From assembly GCA_025350695.1 (NCBI GenBank), contig JANXXI010000368.1, positions 73 through 64,072 on the forward strand: DNA of 64,000 nucleotides. Reading direction: 5' to 3'. Below are positions 1 to 9,007 of the stretch, piece after piece. Each line of letters begins with the position of its first letter. Positions within the stretch are counted from its first letter, which is position 1. This stretch comes from Acidobacteriota bacterium. Lineage in GTDB: Bacteria > Acidobacteriota > Terriglobia > Bryobacterales > Bryobacteraceae. Under the pieces are notes generated by a model. That model saw nothing but the letters and a program-made list of their open reading frames with translations, was not told the origin of the DNA and searched no databases. The position numbers and the translations under genes were made by a program.

Positions 1-1088
1 AACACCTGCTCCAGTTGCCCGCGGTTGCCATCAACCTTATGGGATTGAATCAAATTGTCTTCAACCGCGATGTTCTTGGCTAGTAAGTCCCGCTCCTTGA
101 AATGCAGAACCTCGCGGATTAACGCGCCCAGATCAATGGCGCCCGTTGGCGCACTTTCAGATTGTGAGAAGCTAACCAGCCGTTTGACAATTCCGGCGGC
201 GCGGCCGGCATGAGAGGAGATCGCCCTAAGACTGCGCTCGGTATGGGAATCCGCCGGGTTGCGAAGAAGACTTGAAGAAAGCTGTCCGATGGATTGAAGC
301 GGGGCTTTGAGTTCGGTGGCAATTCCGGAAACCAATTGCGCCGTTGCGGAAAGTTTTTCGCTGCGTGAGAGTTGCTCCTGTAATTCAAGCTCGTGTACCA
401 GCCGTACCACAGCCGCGGCCTGATTGCCCAAATGTTGCAAGCAGATCTGATCATCGCGATTGGCTTTCGCCTTCGATGCCTCGAAACCGATTTCAATCAA
501 TCCTAGAGTTTCGCCACAACTCAGCATGGGGACATAAATCAAGCCGCGAGGTAATTTAGTTGCGGATTGTTGGGATAGAAGCGGGTTTGCGCTAGAGTCG
601 GCGACAACCAACACACTGCGGTTGCGGTAGGCGAATGCCGCGGCTGCGTGTGGCGATCCTGGTTGCGCGCCAATATCCACGCTAGATTCGACCGCGCCAG
701 TTTCGGAATCCGCCGACAGGAGAACATGGTCTCTTTGGTGAAAAAAATAAACGCGCGCCCAGGATGCTCTTAGAATGCGCGGCAGCACTTTTTCAATTTT
801 GGTGGTGATGTCGACGGTTGTTTTTGCCGCCAGTAACTCTTCGCCTAAGCGGTTCATGTTGCGGGTCGTTCTGCGGCTGGCAGCCCAACGCCGCGCTAAA
901 GTCCACCAGAGTGCTGACCCTGCGGCGAGACCACAAAGCAGTCCAACCAGGAGCTGGGACTGATCCAGGTTCAAGCTATGTTCGACTGGACCGGCTATTT
1001 CCGAAGCGGAGGACGAATAGATTTCGAGCAGCAGGATTAGCACCCACTGTCCGAATATTCTCAATCTGTTGAAACGCCCTCTAGCCAT
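1..1088 (-). CDS. Sensor histidine kinase-like protein (2 TM + GAF-like + HisKA-like), partial; the 3' end runs off the window
   Basis: Absent from the ORF track because there is no stop inside the window. My minus-strand translation from ATG 1086-1088 reads MARGRFNRLRIFGQWVLILLLEIY..LLVGLLCGLAAGSALWW (two hydrophobic segments). It continues ..LIYVPMLSCGETLGLIEIGF (GAF-like) ..SEKLSATAQLVSGIATELKAPLQSI..RAAGIVKRLVSFSQ (HisKA-like) ..GNRGQLEQV. The frame stays open to position 1. Confidence 0.7.
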   Translation of the reverse strand, partial: MARGRFNRLRIFGQWVLILLLEIYSSSASEIAGPVEHSLNLDQSQLLVGLLCGLAAGSALWWTLARRWAASRRTTRNMNRLGEELLAAKTTVDITTKIEKVLPRILRASWARVYFFHQRDHVLLSADSETGAVESSVDIGAQPGSPHAAAAFAYRNRSVLVVADSSANPLLSQQSATKLPRGLIYVPMLSCGETLGLIEIGFEASKAKANRDDQICLQHLGNQAAAVVRLVHELELQEQLSRSEKLSATAQLVSGIATELKAPLQSIGQLSSSLLRNPADSHTERSLRAISSHAGRAAGIVKRLVSFSQSESAPTGAIDLGALIREVLHFKERDLLAKNIAVEDNLIQSHKVDGNRGQLEQV

Positions 1089-1717
1089 AAATTCAATTTC
1101 GGGTCGCGGAAATCCCGGACCATTATCTCAACACCTTCCAAATGCTCTTCAGACGTTGCGATGCCGACAACTCTCATGCCCGCCGCGACGCCTGCCGCCA
1201 CACCAGTGGCGGAATCCTCAAACACAATGCAATCCGCTGGGCTGGCTCCGAATCGGTCTGCAAGGAGCAAATAAATATCGGGTGCAGGCTTTGGGTGAGC
1301 CACTTGATGCCCGTCGGCTATCGACTTAAAGTGCCGCCGAATTCCCGCGCCGTCTAAAACAAAATCGATGTTGGCCAGTTCAGCATTGCTACCCAAACCC
1401 AATCCCCGAAATTGATGGTGTTCCAGAAACTCATTAATCCCAGGTACCAGGAATTCCTGAAGCCGGGGAGCCATCAATTCCCGAAATAATGCTTCCTTCC
1501 GCGCGCCATGGTCGAATACCTGCTCTTCGCTCAGCTCCCCTGCGAAGATGTCCCGCACAATCTGATCGTTGCGCTTCCCATGCATTCGCTCTATGAGGCT
1601 ATCGGCTGAAATCCCCTCTCTCTCTAGGTAGATGGTCCAAGATTCGGTGTGAAGGGGCATTGAATCGATAATAACGCCATCTAAATCGAACAGGAAATGT
1701 AACGGCCGGCTTACCAA
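1061..1717 (-). CDS. HAD-superfamily hydrolase (subfamily IA, beta-phosphoglucomutase-like)
   Basis: HAD motif I is FLFDLDGVIIDS. Later motifs are GLGSNAE and FEDSATGVAAGVAAG. At 218 aa it is a typical size. Confidence 0.85.
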   Translation of the reverse strand: MVSRPLHFLFDLDGVIIDSMPLHTESWTIYLEREGISADSLIERMHGKRNDQIVRDIFAGELSEEQVFDHGARKEALFRELMAPRLQEFLVPGINEFLEHHQFRGLGLGSNAELANIDFVLDGAGIRRHFKSIADGHQVAHPKPAPDIYLLLADRFGASPADCIVFEDSATGVAAGVAAGMRVVGIATSEEHLEGVEIMVRDFRDPKLNLWLEGVSTD

Positions 1718-2502
1718 TGGATGTATCCCCCATCCACCATCAGTTGCTCGGCGGTAATAAAGCTGGATTCGTCGGAGGCCAGGAAGAGAGTGGCATTTGC
1801 GACTTCAATGGGCTCACCGAGGCGGTTTAGCATATGCATGGGGGCAACGCGATTGCTCCATTCTTCAACTGTCGTGCCAAGCCGAGCGATTTCCCGGACG
1901 GAGGCGCTGGTAAATATGCAGCCTGGGCAAATGCTGTTCACTCGCACTTTATGGGGCGCGAGGTCAAGCGCCATGGTGCGGGTCATCATGATGATCGCTC
2001 CTTTCGACGCGCTATACGTACTGAAATCCCTTTGGGCGATGATGCCGCTCATGGAAGCCACATTGACGATTGAGCCTCCTTGTTTCTTCAGGGCAGGGAT
2101 AGCTGCCTTGGAAACCAGGGCGGTCCCAAGTACGTTTACGGAGAGAACGCGCATCCAATCCGATAGATCGGCATCTTCAACACTTTTTGCCGTGAAATCG
2201 GCGGCGTTATTGATAAGTACGTGGATCGCTCCAAATTCCTCCAACGCGGTGGAGGCTAACTTCTGGCCGGTTTCCGGGTTGGATATGTCGCCGGCCACGA
2301 AGATGGCGGAGGTTCCCTTGGCCTGCACCAGGGCATTCACCCGTTGGCCCGCTTCGGGGTTCAAATCGTTCAGCACCAATTTGGCGCCTTCCTCAGCAAA
2401 GCGGAGGGCAATCGCTTCCCCGATTCCCGCCCCTATGCCTGTGACGATGCATACCTTATTTTCTAATCGCATAATTCCATTGTAGAAGCTACTCCGAAAC
2501 AC
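1711..2502 (-). CDS. SDR-family oxidoreductase (short-chain dehydrogenase/reductase)
   Basis: Contains the TGxxxGIG cofactor motif (VTGIGAGIGEAIA), NNAA, and the catalytic YSASKGA (YxxxK). Length is 263 aa. Confidence 0.9.
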   Translation of the reverse strand: MFRSSFYNGIMRLENKVCIVTGIGAGIGEAIALRFAEEGAKLVLNDLNPEAGQRVNALVQAKGTSAIFVAGDISNPETGQKLASTALEEFGAIHVLINNAADFTAKSVEDADLSDWMRVLSVNVLGTALVSKAAIPALKKQGGSIVNVASMSGIIAQRDFSTYSASKGAIIMMTRTMALDLAPHKVRVNSICPGCIFTSASVREIARLGTTVEEWSNRVAPMHMLNRLGEPIEVANATLFLASDESSFITAEQLMVDGGYIHW

Positions 2503-2526
2503 CCTCTCACGAAAATAAGCGCTTCC

Positions 2527-2546
2527 TATTGAAATTCGTTACAATA
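2527..2546. promoter_or_regulatory. Interrupted dyad TATTG-N10-CAATA in the SDR/LysR divergent intergenic region; candidate LysR-type regulator site
   Basis: The dyad is seen directly in the sequence (tattgaaattcgttacaata). Its position between a LysR gene and a divergent operon fits the usual LTTR arrangement. Nothing further supports it. Confidence 0.25.
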
Positions 2547-2601
2547 GCGGTCACCAAGTATTTCCCACCGGTGTGCTTGGCCTCCGTGTATTCGTGTCCC
2601 A

Positions 2602-3507
2602 ATGGATCTGGATCAACTACACACATTTCTCGAAATTGTGCGCTTGAAGAGTTTTTCAAAGGCCGCCCACACCTGCTTCCGCACCCAGCCGGCGATAAGT
2701 GCACAAGTGCGTCAACTGGAGCAGGAAATGAACACCAACCTTTTCGACAGGTTGGGGACAAGAATTTCGCTAACTCCCGCGGGCAGAATCTTTGCCGAAT
2801 ACGCGGAACAGATTTTGGATTTGCGGCGCCGTGCCCAGGATACGATAAACGAACTGGAAACGATGCCGCGAGGGGAACTGGTGATTGCCGCGAATGAGGC
2901 CACCTGCATTTACGTTCTGCCCGGAGTGTTTTCCAGGTTTAAGGAGTTGTTTCCGAATGTTCAGTTGCACGTGGATCGTTCCTATGGGGCGAGGGTGGTT
3001 GAAGCGGTGCTCGACAATATGGCCGATTTCGGAATTGCGCAATTGCCGATAGCCGAGCGAAAACTGCAAGTTGTTCCGATCCATACCGACGAGATTAAGG
3101 TCATCGTGAACCCGGGGCACCCTTTGACAAAGCTTGCGGTCGTGACTGCTGAGAAGTTGGTGGATTTTCCATTATTGTTGCCCAAGAACGGAAGCACGCG
3201 TTCGCGCTTGAACAATTGGTTGGATCCGGTTGAGGACCAAATTCAAGTTTCGATGGAACTGGATTCGACGGAAATGATCAAACGGTTTGTGATGGCCGGG
3301 TTAGGAGTATCGTTTCTTTCGGCCTCAAACTGCCAAGAAGAGACGGCGGCCGGTAGGCTGGTTTCGATAAGTCTTGGGCCCGAGTCGATGACCCGTCGCC
3401 TCGCTTTGATCTATCGAAGGGACAAAGCTTTATCGAAGGCCGCGCTGGGCTTTATTCAAGTTATACTGGATAATGCAGGGGTTGTTACGCTGCCCGCAAC
3501 TGATTAA
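2602..3507 (+). CDS. LysR-family transcriptional regulator
   Basis: The N-terminal wHTH (MDLDQLHTFLEIVRLKSFSKAAHTCFRTQPAISAQVRQLEQE) is followed by a ~200-aa substrate-binding domain. The gene is divergent from the SDR operon. Confidence 0.9.
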   Translation: MDLDQLHTFLEIVRLKSFSKAAHTCFRTQPAISAQVRQLEQEMNTNLFDRLGTRISLTPAGRIFAEYAEQILDLRRRAQDTINELETMPRGELVIAANEATCIYVLPGVFSRFKELFPNVQLHVDRSYGARVVEAVLDNMADFGIAQLPIAERKLQVVPIHTDEIKVIVNPGHPLTKLAVVTAEKLVDFPLLLPKNGSTRSRLNNWLDPVEDQIQVSMELDSTEMIKRFVMAGLGVSFLSASNCQEETAAGRLVSISLGPESMTRRLALIYRRDKALSKAALGFIQVILDNAGVVTLPATD

Positions 3508-3524
3508 GGCAATTTCCACCGCTT

Positions 3525-3935
3525 ATGGAGCGCGCCACACTTCGCACTTCCACGATTTTGGTCTCAACCTCTGAACGAACCGAGTGGTTCGAATCGAAGG
3601 CTGCCATCCCTCCGTCTTTGCGAAAGCAGCTTGAAGATTCGCTGAACTCTACCAACACATTTACATTTTTGTTGGCCGACCGGAACGGGCGGCAAGAGTT
3701 GACCAACGCTTTAGATGGCCGGCCTTCCGCGTTGACCCGGCGCCATACCTCATACGTATCGACAGGAGAACAAGGAGAGGCTGTTGCCTCTTTGTTGGCT
3801 ACTGCCGGGCCGGTGACTAAATGGAGTCACGAAGGAATTGGGATAGTGCCGATGGCGAAACGGCTGATTATTGGATTTAGCCTGGCGTTTTCGGCAGTTC
3901 TATTCCTCCTAACCGCTAAAGTTCTTTCGAGATAA
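3525..3935 (+). CDS. Hypothetical protein with a C-terminal hydrophobic segment
   Basis: This is the only sizeable ORF in the gap. I recognise no motif. The C-terminal stretch is LIIGFSLAFSAVLFLLTA. Coding status is uncertain. Confidence 0.25.
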   Translation: MERATLRTSTILVSTSERTEWFESKAAIPPSLRKQLEDSLNSTNTFTFLLADRNGRQELTNALDGRPSALTRRHTSYVSTGEQGEAVASLLATAGPVTKWSHEGIGIVPMAKRLIIGFSLAFSAVLFLLTAKVLSR

Positions 3936-3982
3936 GTAGCTTTTATACCGTCGGTGGCTGCCTCGATGACGATAAGAGCATC

Positions 3983-4348
3983 ATGGAACGGCGCAGCAAA
4001 CTCCGCTTTGAAGTTCACCAGCCGATATCGGCTAAGGTGTTAAGCACCGGTGGTAAAAACCAAATTGTGCATGGAACGCTTGAGAACATATCAGGGAGTG
4101 GGTTACGGGTAGTTTCCGAAACATCTCTGCCAAGTGGGACGGCTCTACAGATTAATTTGCCGGATTCCATGATTCTGGCCGAAGTGCGCTATTGTGAACC
4201 CCTTGAACCGCATTCGCTTCGCCCTGAGATTCCCAGATACTCGCTTGGCCTAGAAATGAAGCAAGTACTCAATAACATGGGCGAGTTGGGGCGATTGATG
4301 CAAGGGATTATGGGACAATCCGCTGCGACGGATGCCGTTCGGAAATAG
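3983..4348 (+). CDS. PilZ-domain protein (putative c-di-GMP receptor)
   Basis: An RxxxR motif (RRSKLR) lies near the N-terminus, and a D/NxSxxG motif (ENISGSGLRV) lies about 30 aa later. It is a single-domain protein of 121 aa. Confidence 0.75.
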   Translation: MERRSKLRFEVHQPISAKVLSTGGKNQIVHGTLENISGSGLRVVSETSLPSGTALQINLPDSMILAEVRYCEPLEPHSLRPEIPRYSLGLEMKQVLNNMGELGRLMQGIMGQSAATDAVRK

Positions 4349-4399
4349 TTTGTCCAACTACTCGAAATCTTACAAACAAAAATGATATTCTTCGTTTGA

Positions 4400-5263
4400 A
4401 TGAGAAAAGCGGCAGTGTTTGGAAGTGCGGGGCAACTGGGTCTTGAGTTGGTGAAAGAATTCCGTTTGCGAGGTTATGAAGTAACGCCATTCAATCGCGC
4501 CAATGTGGACATCACGGACCCCAAAGCGGTCGAAAGTTGTCTGACGCAGATTGACCCGGCTGTTGTGCTGAATGCCGCCGCCTACAATCAGGTGGATTTG
4601 GCCGAAGCCGATCCTCAAGCAGCTTACAGTTCGAACGCGCTAGCGGTGCGGAACCTGGCAGTGTGCTGCCGGCAGTTGGACGCGTCGCTGGTCCATTTTT
4701 CAACCGATTATGTTTTCGATGGAATGCTTGGAAGACCGTATGTGGAATCGGATCCAACGCACCCTCTGGGAGCATACGCCGTCTCAAAATTGGCTGGCGA
4801 ACTATACGCGCAGGCCTATGTTGATCCGCTGGTGATTCGAGTCTCTGGCGTATTTGGTCCCGGCGGCCAAGATACAGTCCGCGGAAACTTTGTTGAATTG
4901 ATGACCCGGATGGCGAGGGCCGGTCAACCCATTCGCGTGGTGGAAGATCATGTGGCATCGCCAACGTTTGCTCCGGCAATTGCCAGCCGCACGGCGGATC
5001 TTGTAGAAAGGCGGCTTACGGGGCTCTATCACATGGCGGGTGGGGTACCCATCAGTTGGTTCAACTGGGCGAGACTGATTTTCGATTCAGCAGGACTGAA
5101 GCCGGAGATAAAGCCCACGAATGAACGGGAGTATAGAACGGCAGCCCGAAGGCCGAAGTATTCCGCACTATCCAATTCTAAGTTGGAGAGTGCCGGAATC
5201 GCGCCGATGCCTTCGCTTGAGAACGCGCTTGAAGAATACTGGCGCCTTCGCAATACGAAATAG
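4400..5263 (+). CDS. rfbD: dTDP-4-dehydrorhamnose reductase
   Basis: Has an N-terminal GxxGxxG Rossmann motif (VFGSAGQLG), then STDYVFDG and YAVSKLAGE (YxxxK). Length is 287 aa. Confidence 0.85.
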   Translation: MRKAAVFGSAGQLGLELVKEFRLRGYEVTPFNRANVDITDPKAVESCLTQIDPAVVLNAAAYNQVDLAEADPQAAYSSNALAVRNLAVCCRQLDASLVHFSTDYVFDGMLGRPYVESDPTHPLGAYAVSKLAGELYAQAYVDPLVIRVSGVFGPGGQDTVRGNFVELMTRMARAGQPIRVVEDHVASPTFAPAIASRTADLVERRLTGLYHMAGGVPISWFNWARLIFDSAGLKPEIKPTNEREYRTAARRPKYSALSNSKLESAGIAPMPSLENALEEYWRLRNTK

Positions 5264-5264
5264 A

Positions 5265-6236
5265 TCAGTTAGTGTTGGCGGTTGCGTAATAGCCTTTTCG
5301 TGCTTGCGGCTTCAATTCCTTACTCGCTAGTTTGATTTCGACCTTACGGTATCCGCCATCCTTTTGAGGATTGGTAGGCGTGTAAGTGATGGTGTATTGA
5401 CTCCGCATTTCCTGCTGAATCTGGTCAAAAATAGCGTCTAACGACATCCTTCCACCGACATGAAATACTCTGCCGCCGGTTTCCTCTGAGAGTTTCTTCA
5501 GTGCCGAATCATTGGCAGAGTACCCGCGGTTTCTGGCGCGGAAGTAGGGATCCTCGTAAAAAATACTGTAAATGATGGCGTCAGATTTTTGGGCCGCCTC
5601 AATCGCTTTGTCGATCTTGACGCGCGAACCCTGGTCCATGCCGTCGGTGATCAGCACGATTACTTTGCGCCCCACCTCTCGCTTCAGTTTATCGGCGGCG
5701 GCCAGATAGACGGCGTCAAACATGATGGTTCCGCGCTGCACTTGATTGGGAACCGGGCCGGGGTGGATGCCGGAAACTGAGGTGTTCAAACGCAGACCCT
5801 CCAGTCCTTCACGCAGTAGGCGGAGAGAACTTGTGTAATCTTGCAGCAGTTCAGCCTCTGAGCCAAAACTGATGACAAAAGCCATGTCTTTTGGACGGAG
5901 CACTTTTTGGAAAAACTGGTTGGACGTGCGTTTCTCTTCGCCGATCAATCCCTCCTGGCTACCGCTGACGTCAACCAGGAGGCCAATAGTCAGGGGCAGG
6001 TCGGTTTCCCGTGTGAAATTCTTGATCTGCTGCTGCGTCCCATTTTCGAAGATGGTGAAATCATCTTTCGTCAAATTGCCGATCAGGCCGTTCTTCTTGT
6101 CGCGGACTGAGCAAAGGATGCTGACTAGATCGACGTCAACTTTGATCAGGGGAATCTCTTCCTGAGCGGGTTGCTGGGGCGCTTTCTGCGACCAGCCTAG
6201 AGATAGAAAAGATAGGCTAAGGGCCAGAAACTTCAT
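5265..6236 (-). CDS. VWA-domain protein (acidobacterial VWFA-related type), secreted
   Basis: Signal peptide MKFLALSLSFLSLGWSQ, then a MIDAS-like LLVDVSGSQ and VLITDGMDQGS. The start is placed at the internal Met (6236) rather than the ORF-track start at 6293. Confidence 0.8.
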   Translation of the reverse strand: MKFLALSLSFLSLGWSQKAPQQPAQEEIPLIKVDVDLVSILCSVRDKKNGLIGNLTKDDFTIFENGTQQQIKNFTRETDLPLTIGLLVDVSGSQEGLIGEEKRTSNQFFQKVLRPKDMAFVISFGSEAELLQDYTSSLRLLREGLEGLRLNTSVSGIHPGPVPNQVQRGTIMFDAVYLAAADKLKREVGRKVIVLITDGMDQGSRVKIDKAIEAAQKSDAIIYSIFYEDPYFRARNRGYSANDSALKKLSEETGGRVFHVGGRMSLDAIFDQIQQEMRSQYTITYTPTNPQKDGGYRKVEIKLASKELKPQARKGYYATANTN

Positions 6237-6272
6237 TACAATACGAGATGTCGCACTAAGCGAACAGGTTCC

Positions 6273-6881
6273 ATGAGAAAAGCAATTGATCATTTAAAAT
6301 CCGCCGATCCGGTTATGAAAAGCATCATCGAGGCGGTTGGCCCCTACAAGATATCTTACAGGGAACCCCAGTTTGAGACGCTGGTGCGTTCGATTGTATA
6401 CCAGCAGTTGAGCGGGAAGGCGGCAGGCACGATTTACGGCAGGTTGGAAGCGGCGGCTGCGCGGGGGGGAATTGTTCGTCCGGCGGCCATTTTGAAACTT
6501 GGCGAAGAAGGGTTGCGGCCGTTGGGGCTTTCGTCCCAGAAGGCGCGTTATGTCACAGATTTGGCGGAGAAGACTTTAGCCAGAAAAGTGCAGTTTGCAG
6601 GATTGGCGGAAATGGAAGACGATGCGGTAATTGAGCACCTGACACAGGTGAAAGGCGTTGGAGTGTGGACGGTTCACATGTTCTTGATGTTCGCCTTGCG
6701 CAGGAGTGACGTTTTACCAATCGGTGATCTAGGGATTCGGAACGCACTCGTGAAGGCGTACGGTTTAGACGCCGCGCCGCCGGCGGCTCAAATGGAGCAG
6801 CTAGCGGCGCCCTGGCGACCGTATCGAACGATTGCGTGTTGGTACTTGTGGCGCAGTCTTGACGGCGTCGCCGAACTCTAA
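6273..6881 (+). CDS. DNA-3-methyladenine glycosylase II (HhH-GPD family, AlkA-like)
   Basis: Contains the HhH-GPD region [20 protein letters not shown]...[13 protein letters not shown] with the catalytic Asp context. Length is 202 aa. Confidence 0.8.
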   Translation: MRKAIDHLKSADPVMKSIIEAVGPYKISYREPQFETLVRSIVYQQLSGKAAGTIYGRLEAAAARGGIVRPAAILKLGEEGLRPLGLSSQKARYVTDLAEKTLARKVQFAGLAEMEDDAVIEHLTQVKGVGVWTVHMFLMFALRRSDVLPIGDLGIRNALVKAYGLDAAPPAAQMEQLAAPWRPYRTIACWYLWRSLDGVAEL

Positions 6882-8119
6882 GCGGAGGCTCCTACCGGTT
6901 GACCTACGGCGTAGTGGGAATCGACATAGTTTTCAAGGATTGCCTTGAACTCTTCCACGATCTTGTCGCCCCGCAAGGTTTTAAACATACGGCCATCGAC
7001 GTAGACCGGGGCTACAGGCTCTTCAAACGTGCCGGGAAGGGAAATGCCCAGGTTGGCATGTTTCGATTCGCCAGGGCCGTTTACGATGCAGCCCATAACG
7101 GCAACCTTCATTTCTTCAACGCCGACGTACTTTTCTTTCCACATCGGCATTTGTTCGCGAAGGTAATTTTGTATATCATCGGCCATCTCCTGGAAGAAAG
7201 TGCTGGTGGTTCGACCACATCCGGGACAGGCGGTTACTTGCGGGCTGAAGCTACGTATTTCAAGTGACTGAAGAATCTGTTGGCAAACAAAAACCTCTTC
7301 GGTGCGATCCCCGTTTGGCATGGGCGTCAGGGACGTGCGAATCGTATCGCCAATTCCTTCTTGCAGGAGCACGCCAATGCCGGCGGTTGAGGCGACAATG
7401 CCTTTGGACCCTAACCCGGCTTCGGTCAAGCCGACATGGAGCGCAAAATCGCAACGAGAGGCCAGGTGACGGTATACCTCAATCAAATCCTGAACTCCAC
7501 TGACTTTGGCGCTGATTATGATTTTGTCAGCTCCCAAACCAAAGCCCACGGCGGCGTTGGCTGACATCAGTGCGCTTTCTACAATTGCGTTCAGCGTAAC
7601 GGTACGGGCGTCGAGCGGATCTTCCAGCTTGTTGTTATCGTCCATCATTCGGGTGAGTAATGCCCCATCGAGTGAACCCCAATTGACCCCTATTCGAACA
7701 GGACGGTCATGCTCAATGGCCACTTCAATCATGTCGCGGAAATTGTTGTCGTGGCTCTTTCCGATATTGACGTTGCCGGGGTTGATTCGGTACTTTGAAA
7801 GGGCTTTGGCGCAATCCGGGTATTTCTTCAATAGCAGGTGGCCGTTGTAGTGGAAATCCCCAATGATGGGCACTTTGACCCCGAATTTGTAAAGGGTTTC
7901 GGAGATGACAGGGACTGCTTTGGCCGCTTCTTCGGTATTGACAGTAACGCGGACCAATTCAGAACCGGCGCGCGCCAAGGCCATGACTTGGTTTACGGTT
8001 CCGGCCGTGTCGGCTGTGTCGGTATTGGTCATCGATTGAACGACGATTGGATGATCGCCACCAACCCAAACTCCGCCTACATTCACCGAAATCGATTTGC
8101 GTCGTCTTGAAGCTGCCAT
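6878..8119 (-). CDS. ispG: 4-hydroxy-3-methylbut-2-en-1-yl diphosphate synthase (flavodoxin)
   Basis: Full-length similarity to IspG/GcpE. The Cys ligands are CPGCGRT and GCIVNGPGE. Confidence 0.95.
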   Translation of the reverse strand: MAASRRRKSISVNVGGVWVGGDHPIVVQSMTNTDTADTAGTVNQVMALARAGSELVRVTVNTEEAAKAVPVISETLYKFGVKVPIIGDFHYNGHLLLKKYPDCAKALSKYRINPGNVNIGKSHDNNFRDMIEVAIEHDRPVRIGVNWGSLDGALLTRMMDDNNKLEDPLDARTVTLNAIVESALMSANAAVGFGLGADKIIISAKVSGVQDLIEVYRHLASRCDFALHVGLTEAGLGSKGIVASTAGIGVLLQEGIGDTIRTSLTPMPNGDRTEEVFVCQQILQSLEIRSFSPQVTACPGCGRTTSTFFQEMADDIQNYLREQMPMWKEKYVGVEEMKVAVMGCIVNGPGESKHANLGISLPGTFEEPVAPVYVDGRMFKTLRGDKIVEEFKAILENYVDSHYAVGQPVGASA

Positions 8120-8218
8120 TTAGTAGAAGAACCCTCCGATCCCTAATATTTTAACAGTCCCGAGCATGGGTCCCTAATTTTTCGAGTGGCAACGGGCGAA
8201 GCGGACCCGGAGGGTGAG

Positions 8219-9007
8219 TTACAGCGCAATCGCCAGGGGACGAATCGGAGCTCCTGTTGCGCCCCTCAATTTCATGGGAGCAGCAATCAGCAAAAACTCT
8301 TTCAATTTGGCTGCGGCAAGTTCTTCAAGATTCAACGCTTCGATGATATGAATCCGTTTTTCCACTAAAAAGTGAATGTGAACAGGCATGTCGCGCGAAG
8401 GTACTTTTTCAAACGCCACCGTATCGCTGCCGGCGGCGAAAATTCCCTTGGACGAAAGCCACATGGCCCCGTCCAGTTCTGGGCCGGGGCCGTGAACCTG
8501 TGCAATATAACGCGCCGCATCATTCCAGTACCTTGCCCAACCGGTGCGTATCAGCGCTACATCGCCGGGGTTGATCGCCGTGTCACCAGCTGCTTTAGCG
8601 AGCATCGCTGGGGTAATGGCGAAATCGATGGGTAATTCGTCCACGCCCTCAAGAAGGGCGATGTCAAGTAGGACGCCGCGGCGCAAAATGGGCTGGATTG
8701 TATCGACGGAAAATCGTTCGAGACCCGCCGCGTAGCTTTGAACCTCGCTCGCGGAGGTTCCATCACAGAGCTTTCCGGCCAAGGAAAAATGGCAGAAGGC
8801 ATCAATGTGGGTCCCGACGTGACTGCCGAGGGCAATTGCGTCGGAGGCGGAACTGGTTCCCGCAGGTGTTAGGTAGTCGCCATGCTTCTTTACCAATCCG
8901 AATAAGTAGGGCGGATGACTTGGATGATGGGGCATTCCGACGAAGTAAGGCTGGGACAGGTCGAAAACACGGCCAGTTTTGAGTGCAGCGGCGAGATCAA
9001 TATTCAT
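8219..9007 (-). CDS. Cyclase-family protein (arylformamidase/kynurenine formamidase-like)
   Basis: Carries the metal-binding motif [11 protein letters not shown] (HxGTHxDxxxH). Length is 262 aa. Confidence 0.8.
   Translation of the reverse strand: MNIDLAAALKTGRVFDLSQPYFVGMPHHPSHPPYLFGLVKKHGDYLTPAGTSSASDAIALGSHVGTHIDAFCHFSLAGKLCDGTSASEVQSYAAGLERFSVDTIQPILRRGVLLDIALLEGVDELPIDFAITPAMLAKAAGDTAINPGDVALIRTGWARYWNDAARYIAQVHGPGPELDGAMWLSSKGIFAAGSDTVAFEKVPSRDMPVHIHFLVEKRIHIIEALNLEELAAAKLKEFLLIAAPMKLRGATGAPIRPLAIAL

Noticed and set aside
1721-2485. A 254-aa plus-strand ORF that covers almost the whole SDR gene
   Set aside because: The minus-strand frame carries unmistakable SDR motifs (TGxxxGIG, YxxxK). 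The plus-strand product is an Ala/Ser/Arg/Pro-rich sequence with no motifs. This is typical of antisense shadow ORFs in GC-biased coding DNA.
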